This document shows, in pieces, positions 55,401 to 64,000 of a stretch of 64,000 nucleotides of DNA; within the stretch, counting starts at the first letter, position 1, and every line of letters starts with the position of its first letter. The stretch comes from Felis catus (taxonomy: Eukaryota): positions 4,962,001-5,026,000 of the forward strand of contig NC_058383.1 in assembly GCF_018350175.1 (NCBI RefSeq). Reading direction: 5' to 3'. Below the pieces are notes generated by a model. It saw only the letters and a list, made by a program, of their open reading frames with translations, ran no database searches and had not been told where the DNA came from. Made by a program: the position numbers and the translations under genes.

Positions 55401-58400
55401 AGCTGGATGCTGAGTGTACGCCAACCACCGTGCATTTCTCCTGCACCCCACGGGAGAAAAATCCTCGGAGGTTATTGTTGTTCCCTCTGCAAAGGAGGCT
55501 GCGGGCGGGGTGGAGCGGCTTGCCCTGGCTGAGGGCCTACAGCTGGGGCGTGGGGTCCGCGGGGATGGTGGATGCTGGCACCGGTGGAAAGGCCCGGGAG
55601 AGGAAATTGTGCCCCAGGAGGTTACAAAAGGTTAGGTTTGCGAGATGGGGTTGTGGTTGAGTCTGCTAGTTACCAAACTTGACAAAGCTTTTCAGGAGAT
55701 TATTTGTGAAACTTAAAAGGATTAGTTGATGTTTAATACTTGTATTTTCTCTCTCCTGGTCGGAGTGGAGGTGGGGTGAGGGTGAAGAGGGAACATTATT
55801 AAGTGGAAGAGGCAGAGAGACGCAAAACGTTTCAGAGTCCCAAAACTATTCAGATGTGAAATGGTAGACACATACACACTCAGAACCCTGGAGATCACTT
55901 TTGCTATAAGTGACAGTTTTACGTCCCTTGAATTAGCGATGTTTTTTGCTAGTAGGATGGAAAGTTGTCAGATTGAGAAGTATTCCTTTACAGGTGTGTC
56001 ATAGATGGCTAAATACCAAACTCCTGTTGGATTCCGTTTACACAGCTTGGGGTGCCTGCCTCAGGCTTTGATGGAGGAGGCACAGGTTCCTGCCCTCCTG
56101 GAGTTTACAGTCTGACAGTACTTGTGTTGCTTCCCGGTGTGCAAAATGAGGAAGCCTGAGTGGTAGGACCAGGCACGTTGAGACCGTGTGGGTGTTGTTC
56201 CTCACCCTGGTTTGGTTCTATCAGAACGGAATTATCTCTGTGCCTGGACCTTTAGGTTCTGGGTGCCTATCACTGGTGATGGTAGGCTACTTAAAACCAG
56301 TTCTTGATCAAAATTGTGTTAAGGTGAGATGAGATGAACCTGCATATCTACTTCAAGATCCAAATCGGGATATTTTTATGTGAATGAGGGCTTGTGGTAT
56401 CCGTAAACTAAGGTACCAGACCAGAAGATCTTTCCAGCCGGTGGTATGAACGAGTCAAGTGTGCTGGGTGTGGGGACTGGGGTAAACCAGAAAGCCTGTG
56501 CTCTAGCCAGTTGCCACCAGCCAACTGTTGTTTGCCAGATCTAGTGATTTCCAAGAGAAATTGGAAATAGTGATTTTTTGATACCAGATTAGCTCAAGTT
56601 TGAAAAAAGTAAACTTTGGCCAAAACAAAACATGGCTTCAGGCTATATTTGACCCCCAAGTTCCTGCTTTGGAACCTTTAGTCTAGAACTGCATTAATGC
56701 TTTGCAGTTACATATACAATTACAAGAACTTAAAAAAATAAAAAAAATAGTAAATATTAAAAAGGGGCGCCTGAGTGGCTCAGTCGGTTGAGCATCCAAC
56801 TCTTGATTTTGGCTCAGGTCATGATCCCAGGGTCGTGGGATTGGGCCCCATGTCAGGCTCCATACTAAGCATGGAGCCTGCTTAAGATTCTCTCTCTCCT
56901 CTTCTTCCCCACTCACACTCTGATTCTCTCTAAAATAATAAAAATCACCTTTGTCATATGTCCGGTTATCTATTTACGACCACCCCCTAGTCCAAAGTAC
57001 CATAATCACTCACCTGGACCATCTGTTTTTCACCAGGCAGTAGACGAGTCTTTTTTTTTTTTTTTTTTTAAACATAGATGCCATTTCCCACAAAACAACA
57101 GAACAAAACTTCTCATGGTGCACAATGTAGTTCATGCATTTTTATCCTGCAGATCTGGCTTTTGCCTGCCTCTCTTCTCACTTGAATTTCTCCTTGTTTA
57201 CTATTCTCTCTCACACTCTTCCGTACTCTTTGTACTCTTCTGCTCCTGGCCATTTGCACAGGCTGTTCTTCCTTTGGTTCTTTGAATGCTGATACAGTTT
57301 CACACTTCAGCTCTGATTTCAGAGAGGACTTGTGTGATCACCCTATCTGTATGATTTTGCACTTGATCTCTTCATTGCAAGGGTATTGAAGGCTTGCCTG
57401 TTTAAGTAGTAAGAAACAAAGAATTCCATTTCTAAATAGCATTTCTTTTTTAAAAAAAATTAAAAAAATTTTTTTTTAACGTTTATTACTTTTGAGACAG
57501 AGAGAGACAGAGCATGAACGGGGGAGGGTCAGAGAGAGAGGGGGAGACACAGAATCTGAAACAGGCTCCAGGCTCTGAGCTGTCAGCACAGAGCCCGACG
57601 CGGGGCTCGAACTCATGAGCCGTGAGATCATGACCTGAGCCGAAGTCGGACGCTTAACCGACTTGAGCCACCCAGGCGCCCCAGCATTTCTTTTTTTCTT
57701 AAAGAATTCCATTTCTAACATCATGCTTAGGGTTTCCAAATCTCACTGGTTGGTAGTTGTTTGAGAATCTCTGGAACTGTTACTCAAATACAAATTTCAT
57801 AACAAGGAATCTGCACTGTTAGGATTGAGGGTAGATGCATATAAGAGGAGGGAAGGGAGCTTTATTTGGAGTGGTTTGGGCACTCACAAGAGCTCAACAT
57901 GCACCAGTCCTCAAAGCCCAGAATGGGTGATTTGGTGCCAGTTAATAGTCCAGGTGCAGCGTGGCGGTAGAGAATTCTGGGAGCTGAGCTGTGGGAGTAG
58001 AGTGCGGGCTTGTTCAGTTCAGGGGTGAGTGGGGGCGAGGGAGGCACAAAGTGGTCACCGGGTCCACTGAGAACTGCGTGAGGATTTTAGGTTTGCTCCT
58101 GGGCTTGATCAAGTGCTGCAGCAGCCAGCACATGCTGAGGGAGAGATGGAGACGGTGGGGGAACTTTTTCTTTCCTGTGATAGTCACATCTGCTGCTTTA
58201 TCTTATTTATTTTTTAACATTTATTTTTGAGAGAGAGACCGACCGGCCATGAGTGGGGGAGGGGGAAGGGAGAGAGGGAGACACATTATCCGAAGCAGGT
58301 TCCAGGCACTGACTGTCAACACAGAGCCCAATGTAGGTCTCGAACCCCCAACCATGAGACCATGAGCTGAGTTGAAGTTGGGCCCCCGACTGAGCCAGGC

Positions 58401-60899
58401 GCCCCACAGCTGCTACTTTAAATGCCCCTGTAGGTTTAGAGTTTCTGTTCATTTGTGGACAATTACTAACTTACCTGATTGAAGGGTTTAATGATACCAG
58501 CCTCTTGTAAAGGGAAGTGCCGTGGGAAATAGAATCTGAGCAAGAGGACAGCCGCAGGTCATTGACGCCTTTTTACTCAGAACACCCTGTACCCATCCTC
58601 TCCGTTACAGGGGTGCTGGAGTAAAGGATGCTAATTCCCACTTGGTTACTTAGGACCCCCACATCATTTGTTTGTGGGGCAGCGACACATTCTCAGGAGG
58701 TTGACCTCTGTTTAACGTGAAAGATGATTAAATAGATGCAAAAGGGTTTTGTAAACTGAGAAGGGTTATGATTTTAAAATATTGTTTGCAAGCAATCCTT
58801 AATCTGCTAGAGTCCTTAGCATCCTGCTTATTTATACAGAATCTGAAACACAAGGCTGTGGAAAATTAAGAATCCATCCGGAACACTAAATGTAGTAAAA
58901 GCAAGATGATAGATTGTGCTGAGAACCTTCGTAACAAGTTATGCCTCCAACTTTGCAGTTCTGCCGCCCATGGGAAGAATTGAGTATCTTAGGCCCTGGT
59001 CACCAGATTCTTAGAACCATTAAAAAGGCCTCAAAAAGGTGAGAGAAAAGACCCGGTGAAGGTGGATGACAGCTGTCACACTGAGCAATGTCCTGGTCTT
59101 CCTTCACGTCAGCCACGTTGCCCTGTGCTGAGCAAGCCCAGGGAAGCTTCCTCTGGCTCCTCTCTGTGCGGCCCCTCTCCTGGGCTGCTCCTAATTGCTC
59201 TGTCGTAGTCTCCCTTCTGATGAACTTTCTGAATCCACAGCTCCGTGTTTTCCTGTTTGCCTATCACTTGAAAATCTGTACTCATTTATTCCAATCAGGT
59301 AAAAGAATTCTGGAGTGTGGAGTGTAGGTGGGGTGGGGGAGCTGGTTCCTGTTCTAAATAGAGGGGTGGGTTTCATTGATTGGGTGGCATTTGAGCAAAA
59401 CCTTGAAGGCAGTGAGGGCTTTAGCTGTGGAGACAGGGAGATGTCTAGGTTAGAAGAGTATCTCATGTACTCTCGTAGGGCAGAGAAGGCCCTACAGCTG
59501 GTGCAAGCCCCGTGTGTTCTAGAACAGCAGGAGGCTGGTGCGTGAAGCAGGTGCCAGGAGACTCGGACAGAGAGGTTTAGGGGCATTGAAAGGACTTCGG
59601 CTTTGATTCTGACTAGATGATTTTGTGTCTGAACAATTTAAAAAAAGATCCCAGATCTTCCTTGCAGGGTCAAGTGCAGCTTGAAAGGAGCCTTATTTTG
59701 TTGCTTGATTGGTAGGAAACGATAGAATATTAAGAAAACGTTGTATAAACTTAAAAGCTTTGTGAAATCTTAAGAGGCCAAGTCAAAATCATCAACTCAG
59801 TTAGGAATTTGTTCCAGCTCCTGAAATAAGGAACAACTATATACTTTGAGATGAGAAATACCAAACATGCGGGAAACAAAAATACTATGCAATTCAAATG
59901 AATGCTTGAATCATGGTTTGTTTCTTATAAACTTTTGAAAAATTTGTAACCTATGTAAATAGGTTGAAATAGGTTTAAAAAACTTTGAAACCTATATAAA
60001 ATAGGTTGTACATTGAATACATTGAAAAAACAGTATAGTGAAAACCTGTATCCTTGAATCAAGTTATTTTTAAGTCTCACACAAAGTCCTATAACGGTTC
60101 AAGCAGATATTAAAGTGTATGTGTTAGATCTATATGTACTAATGTTAAAAGATACCAACCACATATAAAGTGAAGAAAAGTAAGGTAAAAACCATTTTTT
60201 CGGGACGCCTAGGTGGCTGTCAGTTGAATATCTGACTCTTGATTTCGGCTCAGGTCATAATCTCATGGTTTGTGAGTTCAAGCCCCACATCGGGCTCTAG
60301 ACTGACAGTGTGGAGCCTGCTTGGGACTCTCTCTCTTTGTCCTTCCCCTGCTCACATGGTTTATCTCTCTTTCTCTCAAAATAAATAAATAAACTTAAAA
60401 AAAAAAAGTTAAAGCATTGTTTTCAGGATGCCTGGTGGCCCAGTTGGTTGAGACTCTCTCTCTCTTTTGTTTTTTTAATTTTATTTAAATTCAGGTTAAC
60501 ATATAGTGTAATAAGGGTTTCAGGAGTAGAATTCAGTGATTCATCACTTACATGTAACACCCAGTTGAGCCTCTACTCTTGGTTTCATCTCAGGTTATGA
60601 TCCCAGGGTCGTGAGATTGAGCCCCCTGTCAGTTTCCACACCAGGCATGGAGCCTGCTTGAGATTCTTTCCCTCTCTCTCTTTCTCTGCCCCTCCCCTCT
60701 TTGGGCTCTGGCTCTCCCTCATGTGTGTGCGCATGCGCGCGCGCTCTCTGTCTCTCTCTCTCTCTCAAAAACAAATAAGACCCCATTTTTTCATAAATGT
60801 GTTGGTCAGTGGCAAACTGGGAGGAGTGGCCCCAAGTCAGGAGGGAGCCTGAGCATTGCTTCTCAAATGACCTGTGGAGAAGGACCAGTGTTTCTTTGC

Positions 60900-61228
60900 C
60901 TCTATAGACAGCGTGGCTTACAAACAACAGCCATTTATTTCTCCCAGTTTTGGACACCCAGAAGTCCGAGACCAAGGCACGAGCATGGCCATGCCCTTGT
61001 GAGACCCCTCCTGGCTCATAAGCCTGTGTCTTCTCGCTTGTCCTCTCCTGGTCAGGCCTGGGGTTCTCTCTGGGGCCACTTTGTAAGAACACTGATCCCG
61101 TTCGTGAAGGCTCTCCTTTCATGACCTACACACTTTCCAGAGGCTTCGCCTCCTAATACCATCATCTTTGGGGGTTGGGGTTTCAGCATATGAATCTTGG
61201 GGGGGATACAAACATTCAGACCATAGTA
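60900..61228 (-). mobile_element. MLT1A-like MaLR LTR
   Basis: GGCTTACAAACAACAG..ATTTATTTCTC.CAGTT and CAGCATATGAAT...GGGGATACAAACATTCAGACCATAG motifs. Confidence 0.75.
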
Positions 61229-61244
61229 CCTTCTGATAGCTTTG

Positions 61245-63080
61245 TAAAGACCAATAAAAATGAATTGCTTTCACATGGAAAAGAATGAAGTTGAACTCTT
61301 ACCTTTGTATATAAAAATTCACTGAAAATGGATCAAAGACCTAAACACACAAGCTAAAACTGAAAAGCTCTTTTTTAAAAAAAAATTTTTTTTTTTAACG
61401 TTTATTTATTTTTGGGACAGAGAGAGACAGAGCATGAATGGGGGACGGGCAGAGAGAGAGGGAGACACAGAATCGGAAGCAGGCTCCAGGCTCTGAGCCA
61501 TCAGCGCAGAGCTTGATGCGGGGCTCGAACTCACAGACCGCGAGATCGTGACCTGAGCTGAAGTCGGACGCTTAACCGACTGAGCCACCCAGGCGCCCCA
61601 AAAACTGAAAAGCTCTTAATGTTTATTTTTGAGAGAGAGAGACACACAGAATCCGGAGTAGGCTCCAGGCTCCACACTGTCAGCGCAGAGCCAGATGCAG
61701 GGCTCCAACTCATGAACTTCGAGATCATGACCTGAGCCGAAGTTGGATGCTTGATCCACTAAGCCACCCAGGCACCCCCTGAAGAGCTCTTAGAAGAAAA
61801 CATAGGGGAAAGTCTTCCTCAAAGCACAGGCAACAAAAGAAAAAGTAGATAAATTGGACTCCTTTAAGACTAAACTTAAAATTTTGTTTGTAAAAGGACA
61901 CTATCAAGTGTGAAAAGGACAACTTACAGAATGGGAGAAGATGCAAATCATATTTATCTGATAAGAAAAGTGATGGCCCTGTTGGCCATGCCCTGTTCCT
62001 TGCCCTGGCCCTGCAGGTGGCCGGGGTGGGGGGGGTCAGCTTCTCTCTCTGAGACACCTGCAGCCCCTTTGAACCATCCCTACCCCAGAGGCATCACAGA
62101 CCTGATGGGTGAGGGACCGCTCATTTCTTACTGGCAGAGTTTCCCAACCCAGACTTGGGAACCCCCACGCCAAGCTTCCAAGAGCCTCCACTCACAGCCC
62201 CAGGTACACATATGAGTCACAGTCCTCACAGACTGAGAAATACTTCCCTGTCCCAGCCGCGCCCCGCCCCCCTCACCCCCTCAGGATGCCTCCTCTCTGC
62301 CAGGGAGGCAGTGAAAGCCAATGCTGGGGGGAAAATTAGTCTTTAGGGGAATGCACATCAAAACCACAATGAGAGTACCACTTAACATCCATTAGGATGG
62401 CTATAATAAAATTTTGAAAAGGAAAAAAACAAATACTGGCTAAGATGTGGAGAAATTAGAACCCTAGTGCACTATTGGTAGGAATGTAAAGTGGTGCAGT
62501 TGCTGTGGGAAAGCTTGGTGGCTCCTCAAAAAGTTCAACATAGAATCACTATATGATGCAAATTCCACTTTTGTGGATGTACCCAGAAGATTTGAAAGCA
62601 AGGGCTTAGACACCTGTATGTACTCCATGGTTCACAGCAGCACTACTCACAGGAGCCAAAAGGTAGACGTAACCCAAGTGTCCATCACAGATGAGTGGAT
62701 AAACCAGATTGTGTCTGTACAATGGAATATTATTCAGCTTTCAAAGGGAATAAAGTTCTGATACCTGCTATAAGTCGGATGAACCTTGAGCCATTATGCT
62801 AAATGAAATGTCAGACACAAAAGGACACTTACATGAGGTCCCTAGCGAAGTCAAATTCCTAGGGACAGAAAGTAGAATGGCATTTGCCAGGGGTTGGTGG
62901 AAGGGAGGAATGGGGAATTGTCTAATGGAGACGGATTTTCAGTTTGGGAAGATGAAAAAGTTCAGGAAGCGGATGGTTGTCATGGTTTCACAACAGTGCG
63001 GATGTCCTCCATGCCACTGAACTATTCTCGGAAGTGGTTAAAATGATAAATTTAATGTATATTTTACAATTTTTAAAGTG
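61245..63080 (+). mobile_element. L1M (L1MA/MB-type) ORF2 3' end and 3'UTR, interrupted by two SINEs and a non-L1 insert
   Basis: AAAATGGATCAAAGACCTAAA, AGAATGGGAGAA, ATCAAAACCACAATGAGA, CCAAGTGTCCATCA..GATGAGTGGATAAA motifs. Confidence 0.85.
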
Positions 63081-64000
63081 ATTGCTAGAAAAATGATCAC
63101 ATCCTTGGATATCGTGTCAATGTTGTCATAAAGGTTTGGTTTTTTCTGTTTAAGTTTGTTATTGAAGTGATCTTGGCACCCCACATGGGGCTTGAACTCA
63201 TGACCCAGAGATCAAGAGTAACATGCTCTTCTGACTGAACCAGCCAGACGCCCCTCTGAGTGTCTCTTAATTCTGTTGTTCTGTGATCATGGTAACAAAC
63301 TGGGGAGAGGGGATTATAGGGCGGTGGCTCCTGCCTTTACAAGAACTTTGGCTTGTCCTCTGCGTGAAATGGGAGATGGTTCACTGAGATGTGACTTAAT
63401 GTGATTTACTTTTTTAAAGGACCATTTTTTTTAAAGCTTTATTGGAACATTCAGATATACACAGAAATAGAGTGGCTATATATGCATGTCTCCATCACCC
63501 ATCTTCAGTAAAGCTCCGCTCTTTGCTCATCTTGTTTTACGTTTTTCCTCAGGCCTACACCATCTTCGTCTCCTCACCCCACCCTGGGGCGTTTTTTAAA
63601 AAATCTCAGACTGGATCACTGTTTTGCTTTTTAACTTTTACTCTGAAATGCTTGGACTTGGAGAAAAGTTGTGAAAAGAGTGCCAAGGGCTCCCATAGAC
63701 CCTTTGCCCACCTTCTAATGTTGGGATGACTGTACCGTGGCACAGTTCTCAAAACTGAGAAATGAACATCAGTCCAATACTATTTGGATATCACCAGTTT
63801 TTCCTGCTACGTCCTTTTTCCTTTCCAGAACCCCACGCTGCATTTAGTTGCTGCGTCTCCTCCAATCAGTGACACTTCCTTAGCCTCGTCTGGTCTTTTC
63901 TGTCCATCAGTTGGACATCCAGGCTGTTTTCACTTTTGGGCTGTTACGAGCCATGCTCCTTGGGAACATTCACGTACAGGGTTTGTGTGGACATGTTTTC

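Overview
Mammalian genomic DNA, almost certainly Felidae, judging from the dense feline-type Can-SINEs (SINEC_Fc). It holds the complete RAC1 gene on the minus strand: six constitutive coding exons give 579 nt (192 aa plus stop), and the 57-nt RAC1b cassette exon 3b, a ~1.5 kb 3'UTR and a CpG-island promoter are also present. About 30 kb away and divergently oriented is the CpG-island first exon of the SMIM10L3/FAM220A transcript, which encodes 62 codons of the SMIM10L3 microprotein; its second exon was not found in the window. The rest is mostly SINE, LINE, LTR and DNA-transposon debris, plus a 3'-truncated U2 snRNA retrocopy and a 3'-truncated RPL35A processed pseudogene. The most novel-looking signal is a heavily decayed, frameshifted run of leucine-rich repeats on the minus strand at ~50.2-52.3 kb. 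It starts at a good splice acceptor and lies downstream of a perfect splice donor on the back side of the SMIM10L3/FAM220A promoter, so it may be a lost LRR gene. All gene and repeat names come from recognition by eye, and repeat boundaries are approximate.
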